Shown piece after piece: positions 12,601 through 25,536 of a stretch of DNA of 64,000 nucleotides. Below the pieces are notes generated by a model that worked only from the letters and a program-made list of their open reading frames with translations, had not been told where the DNA came from and did not search any database. Both the position numbers and the translations under genes were made by a program. The DNA is from Owenia fusiformis (taxonomy: Eukaryota). The stretch lies in contig CAIIXF020000001.1 in NCBI GenBank assembly GCA_903813345.2, positions 14,384,001-14,448,000 on the forward strand, in the 5' to 3' direction. Positions within the stretch are counted from its first letter, which is position 1, and each line of letters starts with the position of its first letter.

Positions 12601-15600
12601 GTGATATTAGTAAAAAATTAAATAATACAACATAAAAATTAAAGATTAAATACCAAAATATTTTTTTATGTTATTTGCATGTGTTTTGATTCATAATAAG
12701 ATACAAACTACAAAATCAAATACAGTGTGCACAAAAGAATGGAATAAAGGGTACATATGAACTCAAAGCAAAGCAATGAAGAAATACTGTTGTTTTTACC
12801 TTCGTTACTTTGGTTTGAAGAAACAGGGTGGTGATCCCAAGTCTGCACCTCTAAAGGCTCAGGTTCACTGGACTCAACATAGGGGACTCTGGTATCAGGA
12901 TTTTTATTTCTCCTGAAAATATATTCCTGTCATTTTCACCATGGTCATCTTCGCATGCTCAGTCTTCACTGCGTTCATCGACGGGAGCGGGGTGAACGAA
13001 GAAGACCATGGGTAAGATTGTACTTAATCCAGCAAGATATTATCTAATCAGCGTCTACTGTCTAGACTCTAGACATGTTTAACTGAGATTTATATTCTAA
13101 TTTCAATTCAGATTAATACATATTACTGTCTTACCATACATTTGTACCTTGACTACTGCACATGGACCATCAAATAGATGGCCTAATTTACAGATTGAAG
13201 TTGTACAATTTATTAAGGTAAATTCAATGCTGTATATGTGAATATAGATTTTTTACAAAACATAGATTCTTTTTAATATTTAGATTTATTGGGCAAATAC
13301 CATATTGTATTTTAAGTTCTTTTGAGTAACACTAATACAAATTAAATATAGTTCAAATATACCTAAAAGTTGGATCAATGACCTCAGCAATGTTGAATGG
13401 GCCGGATGAAGCTCCAGTAGTGACCTCTGGTGAATGACTCTCTTCTCTCCTGAAGAAAAGAAACCATTGATTTATTACATTTTCAGGGATGTCAGCAAAT
13501 GTATTAATTTATAAGGCATTAACACGCAAAATGCCATTTGTTAAAGATGCCGAATGCTGAACATTAACTGTCTAACACCAACTCCTGGCACAAAAAAGTT
13601 GGAGACTATAATTACAATATGTCAACACTTGTGTTGGTGACATAATAAATTAACAAGGCATAGAGGCTTCCTCTTTCAAATGGACCAATGAAATTGTTAG
13701 ATGCATGCACAGAGGGTATGATGAAGAAATGAAAGGGATTTTTCTTTCATGAGTACAAAGGCAGAGAAAATTCCAACAATTTGTGGATGAATCCCATATC
13801 AAAGAATCCCTCTATACTATATGAAAGGATTGATATCAGTATGGCGAACTGAATTGAACACATGTTTCTCTTAAACCAGTTATCAAAAAATTCTGGAAAT
13901 TTTACACATCGTCAATGGTAACAATTTAATTTGAAAAACATATATCTCCTTTTCTCTATATTGTTTTAGAAAACACATCATACACTTCTGTTGTTCTTGG
14001 CATCTATCCCAACCTCATTGGAACAAAATGATATATACACAATGTGTTTATGTCTCTCAATATTGTAATTGTACAAAGGAAGGTTTGCATGGTTCATTTA
14101 AAAAAGTATCTTGTTAATGAAAAGGTTGACACTTTAATATATCTATTTTTGGTGGTTTTGTTTTGATTTTTTGAATACTTTTTGTTAAATGAACCAAACT
14201 TTCCTTTGTATAACTATAATATTGAGAGGTCTAAGAAAATGTTCTATATGCTATTTTGTTCCAAAAAGGTTCGGAAAGATTTATAATCATACCTGTAAAG
14301 CTGAGTGCCATTACTACTATGGCTGGGGCTGGAGAGTGGTTCAGCCTGAAATCGTCTGGGTGAGTCCTGATCTACACTACTGAAATATAACACAGGAGGT
14401 AATTTTAAAGATATTTTTGACTAAACTGTCTTCTAATAAAATATTTGGAGAATTACGGCATTACAACTGGCATTATAATGTTATGTTGATTTATGTATAT
14501 GAATAAGAACATGTATATGAATATCAGTCAATAAAAGATACTAACATTTAGGATTTAAACACAAATTTTTGTGACAATAAAGTGGTACTTACTTATTTGT
14601 ATTTCTATCAGATCTATGCCTTCTCTCATTTGAGCCAAATGAAGGTCTTTCAGATCTCTCAATCGATCCATGCGATGGTCTTTCCAAGGAGCTATTTGAG
14701 TGTCTTTCCCCACTTGCTTCGATGACCTCTTGAGCAACAAGGTCATGACCTCTTGGCCTTGGCCTATCATGTAAACTTCGTGACCTTTCAGGACCCTCTG
14801 TAGTCTGGGGAAGTAAATCATTTAGATGGTCAAGATGGTTTGTTTTATGTCATCGCACAATATAGTCAATAAAGTTGAAAAGGGTGAAATGAAGATGAGA
14901 TGAAGGTAAATAAGCTTGCAATAAACTGTCACAACCTGGTAGGTGCAAATGGTTTCAAAAGAATTACAATTAAAAACAGATACCAAACACTAATACTGAA
15001 GTTGACAGCTGATCTGTGGTTATAAATATAGTAATACAATCACATCACCAGTTCTTGTGGTTGAGTAATGAAACAAAATGGTTCATATAACTTTTAAAGA
15101 AAATTTTTTAGAATAAAACTTTTTGTCAATGTTACACTTTATCAAATACATGTACAAGCAAAATGGATGTAATTTTCATTTATACAGTAAGTAATGCACT
15201 GTAATGCATGTTAAATAAATATGTAGGTGTAATAAATAAATCTCTAAAAGATTCTCCTACCTGTTCCTGTTTTTGTTGTAAAGACATTTGACGCTGTTTG
15301 TATTTTTCCCGTATTTTTCTCGCCTTCAGTTTTTCTTGCTCTTGTATAATTCTTGCTAATTCTGCATCTTGCTGTTCAATCACTTTCTGTGTGTCTTTTG
15401 TTGCACTTGCCCCTCTCTGTAAGAATAAAACAGAGTAACTAAGAGTCAAGTGTAAGCATGCAAGAATATTGCATGCAAGAATATCAACGTGCTGTGAAGA
15501 TGATGTCAGATTTTCATCTGTGGTTAATCTTCTAAAATTGTTCGCGATTGTTTGATTAGTGGCACTTTCATGTACATGTTCGTTCAACAAAACCAGATAT

Positions 15601-18600
15601 TCAGATATATTGATTGAATTCAATGTTTCATTCTCTTCCATTTCCCTCACCCTGAACTCACTCTTATTGATGAAACTGATTTTATGGAAGTGCAAATTTA
15701 AAAAAAACAGTACAGTAAAAAAAGATTTCCATTCTGCCAAAAATGGGCTTTTACTATCAATCAACAATAAACAAAGTGATTATTCGTAGAATTTAGTGCA
15801 AAACATGTGAGACATGCCTTATAGTTAGAAAAAGTTAATAGGTCTACTGTACATTCTACTGCAGCAGTACATTGGGTCTTACCTTATGTTCCTGTTCCTG
15901 TAGCAGCCTAGCTAGCTCCTGGAAAATGAATAAATGTGCATAAGTACATATTAATATTTCAGACACCAGGTCGCTCCTACAGATGTTTTGTTTGTGTAAA
16001 ATCAGTTAAACTATCATTTATTTAAATTCACATATGCAAGTGGGTGCAAATGGGTTTTCAAATTGGTGCAGAATTGTATATCAAAAATTTCAAACGCAAT
16101 TTGCTTTCGTGAAGGAGATCGCACTGTACTTTATTTCTTTTTTAACAAAAAGTTTCATAGACACAACACTTTCAAATGGAATAATGAGATCCATAGATAA
16201 GATAGACGATCCTTCAAATCTCTCACCTCATCCTGGTGACGCTGTAGTTCATGTTGTTCTTCTTCAGTCATCTCAGTAGAGGGTTGAACATAAAAGTCTG
16301 AGAAATCACCCCTATCTTCAATCTTCCCATCATTCCGCAGGGCTCTAGAAGTCAAACAATACATAGGTTAAGTGTAAAAACTATAAAGTACAATTGGCAT
16401 CTACATCTATCTTAATCCTTAGTAAGGTACTTAATTCTTGCACATCACATATGTATTAGTCATGGGTGCATCAATTTTCAATAAATTAATGTATTTCTTG
16501 TAAAAGTCCTGAGAATCCTGGACAACCCTTTTTACTATCATTCACTATTATTGCAAACATTACATTAATAATAATAATAATAACCAACTAAAGTAAAAAC
16601 TAAATTCTTTACCTTTCAGGACTTATCCTCTCTCTGGTACCAGCTGCTCCAATACCTAGAGTAAATAAGCGTTAGGGTAAGACTTACAGGTCATAAATTG
16701 TATCCCATGGTTTAATTTACTAATCTTAAACACAAGCTAATCTTTACTAAATTTCACAATGCTTTTGCAAAATATGTGCATCCAAAGTTCTCAACTTGAA
16801 ATTTCATACACATTCATATCACCCTGAGTTTAACTTATAGTATGTTTCTTTTCCTTACAAGGAGAGGATTGCAAGGATAAGAAGGATGATTACTATATGT
16901 TTATAATATTATATTAAAAAACAAAAATATTTTTTCACCTGGTGAAAGCTGAGCTGCCGTTTGCTCCAGCTCCCTCTCAAGTCTTTGACGTTCTTTTGCT
17001 AACTCACGTTCACGTCGTCTTTGTAGATGTCGCTCATATTTTGCTTTCTCCTTTTGTTGTAATTCCATGGCTATTTTCTGTAAATATGTGAGAAGTAACG
17101 ATAAGTTTCAGAGCATCTAAATTAGAATCTATATGCACCTACATGTACATTAGAATTTGGGATAATGATATCAAATTAATCAAAGACTTATTGATAATGT
17201 AAAAATTTTCAACAAATTGAAAAAATAAACATCTTAAATAAAATAATTTTAGTATTTTACTGCTATTTATGAGATACATTGATAGGGATGGGGCGTTGCC
17301 TGAAACTACTTGCAACAATAACATTTACAAGTTGTCAATGTTAGCATCATAATGATTGTTCTACTATCTGAAGTAAATTAGGTTCCATTCATGTTTCATA
17401 CTAGGCCTATATAATACCATTCATTTTTGAAGTTTTTTGTTCTGTTTTTTTTTGTTCCATCCCTCATGATTTTAAACTTTGATTTGGTCCTCATTGAATA
17501 ACTATATGTTTTTTTCTGTCCCATCCCTCATGATGTTAAACTTTAATTTGGCCCTCATTGAATAACTATATGTTTTTTTCTAACCCATCCCTCATGATGT
17601 TAAACTTTGATTCGGTCGTCATTGAATAACTATATGTTTTTTTCTAACCCAAACCTCATGATGTTAAACTTTGATTTGGTCCTCATTGAATAACTATATG
17701 TTTTTTCTGTTCCATCCCTCATGATGTTAAACTTTGATTTGGTCCTCATTGAATAACTATATGTTTTTTTCTGTCCCATCCCTCATGATGTTAAACTTTG
17801 ATTTGGTCCTCATTGAATAACTATATGTTTTTTTCTGTCCCATCCCTCATGATGTTAAACTTTGATTTGGTCCTCATTGAATAACTATATGACTAACCTG
17901 GTCTTCTGTCTCTGTGGAATCAGATTTCTGTTGTTCCTCCAGCATCAGTTCTGCCATCACCTGTCTAGCAACTATCTCATCTTCATGGGCCCTGTAAACA
18001 TATGTCTCCTGTTTATACTTTCTGATTTATATTATTAAGAGATTAGCACTTGCATGTCTTGATGTAATGTTGTATATCGGTCCCTTAATTTTATAGAGCC
18101 ACCACTGTAAACATAGAGTACAGTTTATACTTCCTGTCACACATTTTTGAATTTTCCTGAAAGAAATCAAATTTGAAAATTCCGTCAAACTTTGGATAAA
18201 AATAAAAATCTTATAAGGAAAATTACAAATTAAAATTGGAAACACTACAAAAAGTATATAACTATGGAAATTTAATTATAAAAACTTGAAAGCTTAGAGT
18301 TCCATCTGTCGTTCAACATTTTCTCTGAAACTGCATGGCTGTTAAGTTTTGCACACAAATAGCACAGAGAAACATTTAATAAATCAAATTGAAACCAAGC
18401 AAAACCAAACTGAGGCAAACCAAACACCAGTGTCAAGTCAACCTACGTGATTTACTCAAAATTTCTTTTTGGAATTTTCAAAAATGAAATTCAGACACTA
18501 ATCTCATGTTTCATTACATTGATTTTCTATTGATCTAAATGACATCTACTTTAAGATCCATGCAGAGTACTCATAAAAGTGTTCATTGAAGGAACAGTCC

Positions 18601-21600
18601 AATTTCATATCATTTTCTCAGAAATTTTTATCTTAATAAAAAATTAAACTGCTTCATAAAAAGTGGGAGGTGATAATTTGATAAAACAGATCTCAATTTA
18701 CATATTTGTAATAGTAATTTGTGATGTCATAAATAACAACTACAATTACTTTTCTTACTCCAACTCCATCTTCTTCAAAATGAAATATTCTGGGCCTAAT
18801 GAGTTCTTTAAGCTGAGGGAGGTTTAGGTCTAATATTTAGTAATTCAACATTTGAACTGTTCCCTTGAAAAAAGAGTAATCAAAAAATAAAGAAACATAC
18901 TTTCGGACTCGTTCCTGCTCGGAGAGAACCATATCAGTCATAACATGACGGGCGACATCTTCATCCTCCAAGGCTCTAAACACAAGACAGGTCAATCAAC
19001 AACATAAATAGCGGGTTTACACATAACAAGATACAACAACAATTCAAAGCAACAAACCAAAATCTATTTATGTATTCTTCTAAATATAGATATAAACACA
19101 AAGAGACAACAATATACACACACTATAGTGGGATCCCTTATAGAAAGCAAGATAGTAAGGTATGAAATAGGGATTGGAGCAAAAAAGGTAGTAAGAAAAC
19201 AATTTTATCAATAGACTAGATGCGAGTAGAAAAAATCTTGATTTACGCCATTAAATATTCAAAATTCAGTCAAACTGATATCATATTTGGAATCTACATG
19301 TAAAAGTACATCTAGAAATATTGTTTCGAAAATTGTTTATCAAGTTTGAAGATTTAATTATTTTTGAAAGTGTGACTTCTAGTTCGGGTTGATTCTCCAT
19401 AGAGCCCATGTTACAAAATCACAAAAAGTGAAATATCTTTTCTTGTATTGGTCAGATAACATTTTCATTTACTGGACATATTTTGATTTTCATAACTATT
19501 AGATACATATGGGTAATATGAAAATTGAACCACTAAAACAGATGTAATTTAAGTTAAAGGGAACTTTCTACTATACCCGCCATGCTATCTGACCCGAACG
19601 AGCCACCTAGTGGTGAAACTGGTAACTACCTACTCGCATCTGCGTTATTGGATAAGATCATTTTATGTCTTAAAATTACAGTATTGATTAATCTGTTAAT
19701 TGAATTATGGTTAGATCCATGTTATTCTTTCCCTTATCCTCCTTTCCGTTATCAACATAAAGACATGCAATGCATTGTGGGTGACTTATACCTTCTTTGT
19801 TGTTCTTGTCTCTCAAGTTGCAGGCGTGCATGTATCTGCTTAGCAACTATTTCATCATTGCGTTCCCTAGAAAATACACATGATGGGTAAAAGAAGCCTG
19901 CCTAGTTAATATTGCGATGGATTTTGTAATTAATTTCATCAAGTCATCTTTGTATTTAATATAATATAAAGATTAAATTAAAATGACTGATTTTTTAACC
20001 CTTAAGCATCTAAGCACATTATGCATGGCCATACCAAGGGAGGGGGTTAATGTATAGTTGCCAATATTTACTTGAGTATCCTCTGAGCATTCCAGGTGTG
20101 AATTGAATAAAAGTGATAAATTAAAAGGTTTAAGGATATTTTGTTCAGCTTTGATTTATCTCATCCACTACCTCAAGGCATAATACTAATGAAAAGGGAA
20201 ATTAACGAAACGGCAAATTAGCAAAAAAACATATTTTCCTTTTCATTGAACAATTTATATGTATTATTTATATTATTTCGCAAAGTTCAAAATGATATTT
20301 TATCCTAATTTTTTCTGATGGCCTCATCTTTTACCTTTTCCTCTCATAAGACAAATTACATTTCTTTAAGTAAAATGAACTGCGAGACTAATTAGGGACA
20401 TGATCTAAAACTAATGGCTGAGCTTTTGAAGCACTTCAGTGCCTGTCTGAATGTGATAACATTTAATGAGCAAACCACCAACCTTATCAAGAAAAGTTAC
20501 CATAAACATATTTAGATTGTTAATATCGGGATGTGAGTCATTCATTCAGTGTAACAGTAGGCCACATATTGTGATGTAATATGATATAACTTTTTCTATA
20601 TTAATAATATGTAATAATTTTATGCAGATGTTTTTCTTGATTAAGATTTTTCTTTGTGTTAACGACAATGTGTGATTGCTCTTTAGTTTTTATCTAGTCC
20701 TTTTTCATTTGAAAATTCATGAATTGTTTTGTAAAGATTCTGAAGATGAAAAATCTGATATGTCATTTCCACTGGGTCTAATGGTTCAGAAGCAACTGTA
20801 ACAATGTGAATCAAGATAAATATGAGATGAGCATTAGATGTGACCCTCCCCCTCCTTGTGTTTGCTTTGCTGTTTATAACACTGAGATTGTGTAATGCTC
20901 CATAAACAAATAAAGCCAGAATCCAGATAGAGTTTCATGAATGGAATACTGAGTTGTACAATCCAGAGCCTACATTGAAGATGCTTTCCAGGCATCAATT
21001 TGTATATTGGACTAATGAAACTTTTCAGCTTATCGTTTTGGGATTTATACTTTTTCTCATCTATTTCTATTTGGGTTACTTCCTAAAATAGGCCAGTGTG
21101 AGATATTTCAAGGTTTTGCATAATTGAATAAATGTATGTTCAACTGTTATATTTTAGTTCTGGGACACAGTTGGTTAGCATCCAAAGTGTTACATCAAGT
21201 TCAAGAGTCTAAGGGATAATCAGCAGAGAATGAGAATACATAATATGTGAAGTATATGTTACAACATGTACACATCATTCATTATGTAAAAACATCTAAA
21301 CACTCTAGAAAGCATACAGTTACCAGTTTGAACATTTTCGTTCTAAAAATAATGAATCCAATTAAGAGATATTAGGTGTACTGATTATTTCTTCATAATT
21401 TCAACATTCTTTGAATATGATGAGTCTAAGGAGGGTGGGGCTTATAAGAGCATGGGGCAGTTTTATTATGGGTGATGTTATATACCACTAAGAATGGGAC
21501 GCACAATGCGTTTTACTTGGATATTCAATAATATTGGAATGTGCAGAGCATCATAAAGAATCGGGACAATAATTTCCATCAAAACTTAACTGAAAGGATT

Positions 21601-24600
21601 CTGGGATTGAAAATGTTCAAACTGTCATCCAGGGCTCTGTTAAATACATAAATATGTGGTAGCAAAGTACATACTGTCTCCTCAAACTCTCTAGCTGCCT
21701 CATTCGCTCCATCTGCAATCTCTTCTCTTCCTCTGTTTGAACCACCTTGGCAACTGGAATGTCTTCTCTGATTGTACGATTATGTTGCCTGTTTAGTCCA
21801 CAATGTTGGTTGTCTATGAAAATGGAAATGTCACAAATGATTTAAACAAGGCATTAACGTGAAAATGTCACTACTAACCATTTGTTACAGACACAGAATG
21901 CTGAACACACCAACACAAAAAAGTTGAAGACTATGAGATTGGGAATCATAATAATACAGTAGAACATGTGTAAGTGGAATACCCTTGGGACCACAAGTGT
22001 TCCACTTGCAAGGTGTTCCACTTACAGAGGTGTTCCAGTTAACAGTTTCTACTGTACTTTTATAATATTTTTGAGAGAAAATAAGGCTTTTTGTTAATAT
22101 ACTTACATTCTTCTTGCTGTAGTTTATGTGCCATTCCATGATCAATGTGAACTAGCAGGTCTCTGCGCACTGAAACACAAGGCCACAATTTTTATAATAT
22201 TGGATAGATCAAAGTGGAGAGGAAATATGGGACCCTCTCCAGTAATTATTTTGTTGTGGTAGAAACAGTGGAATGGTTCTGTCATATGGATAATCATACT
22301 TCATTTTTATTTCACTGATTGTACATATCATGATATTATATTTATGTGCTTATGCAAGTTCAGACTGTGATGCAAAAGTGAAAGGCCAGTAGAAATATTA
22401 AGATCATCAGTTATGTTTCACATAAACAGCACGGAGTCATAGAGACATACTGAACAGGTTATTTATGAAGAAAATAGAATCAAAAGTATTGTTTTTGGCA
22501 TATTGACAAGCATTGTCCAAAAGGAGACATTGTTCAAACACTGACAGATATCAGGTTACGGATCTGTTTATTTTATGACACTATGTTTACATGTTCAATG
22601 TATACTTCATAAAAGTCACATTTGATTTTTCTTGATAATAGTAATGTTTTAGATTGTATTGAGAGCATTATTATGATTAAGTAGGGTTCAACAAAAGTTT
22701 TAAGGTTGTGACTGGTGATCTATAATAACTTGAATGAATGCATGTAATGTGCCAGGTATGTTAACTTACATACAACAAGACTCACTTTTGACTTCAAGAG
22801 GTGAATGCTAAATAAACATTTTGGTCATGTTAAAATCAACAAATCCTGAAATGTATATTTGAAAAAATACATCATATGTGCTGTGGCTTTTAATATTTAC
22901 TTTAGGCTTAAACACAACAGACGGTTGTGGTAAACATGGACTTTCAGAAATGTTTTGCTTCATTTGTTCAAAGTGTAAGTTAACAAAAAGTATACTAATT
23001 CAGGATGCATTGAATCTATAAATGGTTTAAAATTAAAGGGCCTCAACCTTGAAATAACTACCTAAAAACAAAATTTCAACAGCAAACTTATTTTATATTC
23101 AAATTATGTTTAATGAAATGGCAGGCAGAAGAAGTTAGTAGCTCCCATAGGCGTAGCGCCCGGTACGCTGGGTACGCACAGGTGTACCAGATGGTTGCAA
23201 ATTCGCTCTAAATACAACCAAAAACGCCCATGGCTCCCATAATTCTTTAGTAATATATACTTGATATCAGGGGATTCTCTTAGGATTCCCTACATGGTCC
23301 TACAAGCCTTATATGGATTTATCAACAGATACTACGTGACCCAATACCAACACTGAACTTTGGAACTTTGGGACTCGTCCTTTTCAGGCTCAATTTTCAG
23401 GCTCGTTTTATTTTAGTTTTCTACTTTTTGAATTTCACATTTATACAAAGTTGTTCATTTAGATAAAAATTATAGACTATGCATGCCCAAAAGTACAAAA
23501 TTGAAAAACTTTTGAAAATTTCTGTTAATCTGTATTAAATTGTTATTACAAGAATAAATAGAGGATTTGAAGGCTACCGGATTTTCTCGCATATACGCCC
23601 CCCTAAAGGACCTTATACACCCTCCATTGGGATCTCCCCATGGGAAAAAAATAATTCATCTGATTTTTCAAAATGAGTATTCTGCTTCAATTTTTACATT
23701 TATATGCACACTAGTATCTTGTTCACCTATATTCAGCACTGTATTGATGTATAGGCCACTTATTAGGGTCATAATTCAATCATGAAGTGTAGAGGCATAG
23801 ATTCCAAACCAGGAAGTATTTTTGTGTCTGTCAAAATCGATTTACATCCTACGCATCCCTGCATCTTATCCAAATATGTTACTACATAATGAAATATAAT
23901 AGTATAATCTTTGGTTTTACAAACTTGTATGATATTTGATAAGTGTAAAAGTTGTTTTTGGAGCATTTTTCTATAGCCATTTTGTAGGGGAAAAATGATG
24001 AAAAAATGTACAATCTTTAAATTTTAAGTATGACCTGAATCGATTGCAAACTTCATATTTGCACATTTGATGAGATAAACCATTTGTGTCGTATTGTGAA
24101 ATTATTAAATTTGCAATCGATTCAGGTCATAGTGTATTTTTGGTAATTCTGTGATAATCAATGGAAACCAATGGCCTCTATTGGGATCTGCTGATATCCT
24201 CATGTTAAGTCAATGGTGCACAGCCCCATGTAAGTCAATACAACCTTACTGAACGAAATGATCCTATCTCAGCTTATGTGTGTCCGAGCACTTTAATATT
24301 TTCCAAAGTATTATATGACATTTTATTCTTCATGTTACAACTACGAATGATTCATTTTGACCATAGGGATATTTGTCAATAATTGCACCTTGTCCTTTAG
24401 GCCCATGGGCCAAAAATCGAATGTAGTACGCTTATACGCCCATGGGCCTATACAAAATGACTATTTATTGATTTTTTCAATAAATTTTGTCACTGGCAGA
24501 TCGTTCTGTCGTTACTTTGTTTCAACATTAAGTTCAACGCTGTGCCGTAAGTGGCAGTGGTGGATCGTTCTGTTGTTACTTTGTTTCAACATTAAGTCCA

Positions 24601-25315
24601 AGGTTGTAGGTGACATTTCCTTTATAATTCTTACAAAACATGCGGTAGGACTACAACAGTAGGTATGGTAGTCTTTGAGGAACAATTGAGTTCATCAGCT
24701 CTTCTCACCTTTACGCCCACTGGGCCAAAAATCGAAAGTAGTACACTTATACGCCCATGGGCGAAAAATAAGAGGTAAAATAACAGACGAAATTACCCCT
24801 TCTTTCAGTTATACGCCCAGGGCTTATATGCGAGAAAATCCGGTACTTACATGGTATCATGTTGATAAATAATGTCTTGACAATACAAAAAATCGTAAAA
24901 AGGTGACTAGTAAACAGTGAATATTTTAGTACAAATTCCATGTGTTTCGAAAAATAATACCACCACGAAAGATAGGAAGGCTTGTCTGATTTGCTTAGAA
25001 AATAAGAAAAAAGCAAATCTCAGGCTCACTCCATTTTTGGGGGTAGTACAAATGGAAATAAGTGAACATGTTGATAATATTCGAATGAATAACAGGCTAG
25101 TTTCAGATTCAAATTTTACATTTGCCCACTGTAGTGTAGACTTTTACATGTATGAGAAACTGGCCATGGGAGTTTACATTCTCTTCTTTGATTTAAAAAA
25201 TCAAGTTGAACTGATCAGAACTGAGAACAAGAGTGCTAACAAACTTACCACTTTTTACCCTTCCTGGTTCAGGCAGTTGTTCCTCTTGACCTTCCCGAGG
25301 ACGGACGGAAGCCAT
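9632..25315 (-). CDS. CCDC50: CCDC50 (Ymer)-like coiled-coil, MIU ubiquitin-binding adaptor; 17 coding exons, about 580 aa
   Basis: Exons in transcript order: 25315-25249, 22169-22107, 21813-21675, 19866-19792, 18975-18901, 17991-17898, 17077-16939, 16655-16613, 16344-16227, 15918-15883, 15416-15261, 14804-14593, 14379-14293, 13449-13363, 12912-12800, 12522-12466, 9813-9632. All introns are GT-AG with matching phases; total 1743 nt, open to TGA. N-terminus LPEPGRVKSVRRDLLVHIDHGMAHKLQQEEYNQHCGLNRQHNRTIREDIPVAKVVQTEEE matches the CCDC50_N pattern. MIU-like DEELARLLQEQE and DAELARIIQEQE are present. Confidence 0.88.
10113..10307. mobile_element. Palindromic MITE
   Basis: CTGAGCCTGTATTTGTGAATGCAA pairs with TTGCATTCGCGAATACAAGCTGAG; inner arms CAACTCATTTAAATATGAA / TTCATATTCAAATGAGTTG. 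Confidence 0.7.
10852..10936. repeat. Tandem repeat, 4 x 21 bp
   Basis: ATAGATACAATGAGAAACAAA repeated four times; last copy diverged. Confidence 0.9.
12290..12450. repeat. Degenerate minisatellite, about 19-20 bp
   Basis: Recurrent AATGAACACTTGTATA-like units next to CCDC50 exon 16. Confidence 0.6.
13511..13648 (+). mobile_element. Helentron-associated (HINE/DINE-1-like) element
   Basis: 5' AAGGCATTAAAC-like end and 3' stem-loop ATGTCAACAC-TTGT-GTTGGTGACAT followed by AAT. Family members at 21845-21935, 27610-27719, 31459-31570 and 36961-37613. Confidence 0.6.
17445..17891. repeat. Minisatellite, about 7 x 64 bp, in CCDC50 intron 6
   Basis: Unit CCATCCCTCATGATGTTAAACTTTGATTTGGTCCTCATTGAATAACTATATGTTTTTTTCTGTC starts at 17457, 17521, 17585, 17649, 17712, 17776 and 17840. 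Confidence 0.95.
21957..22054. mobile_element. Tigger-like MITE, same family as 7820-7975
   Basis: TA|CAGTAGAACATGTGTAAGTGGAA...ACAGTTTCTACTG|TA. Confidence 0.7.
24029..24131. mobile_element. Small hairpin MITE
   Basis: TATGACCTGAATCGATTGCAAA ... TTTGCAATCGATTCAGGTCATA, perfect 22-bp inverted repeat. Confidence 0.75.
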
Positions 25316-25536
25316 GTTATTATATTCAGCTCAGTAAGAGCTCCAATCCTTGTAAATCTACATAAATTTAATAAAATGAAAATATTCTGAAAAAGTTCAA
25401 AACACGGAAGTAAACCTTTGCGCACGCGCAGGGCTAATCACACTGAACGAACTTTGTCCTTCACATTTCATAATATTTCAAAAAGACATGTAATTTACTT
25501 TTTGCTTGTAGAATAGAATATAATACAAATATAGCA
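25316..25536. promoter_or_regulatory. Bidirectional promoter shared by CCDC50 and SCO1
   Basis: Only 221 bp separate the divergent ATGs. ETS/GABP core CGGAAGT (25405-25411) lies next to TGCGCACGCGCA (25419-25430), a perfect match to the NRF1 consensus YGCGCAYGCGCR. Confidence 0.75.

Noticed and set aside
14555..14821. 88-aa ORF as listed in the track
   Set aside because: Wrong frame; the splice-consistent frame of exon 14804-14593 reads TTEGPERSRSLHDRPRP...
17445..17891. CRISPR-like array
   Set aside because: Whole 64-bp units repeat with no unique spacers, in an intron of a eukaryotic gene with no cas genes; it is a minisatellite.
24917..25390. 157-aa plus-strand ORF
   Set aside because: Starts at GTG, is antisense to CCDC50 exon 1 and has no recognisable motif.
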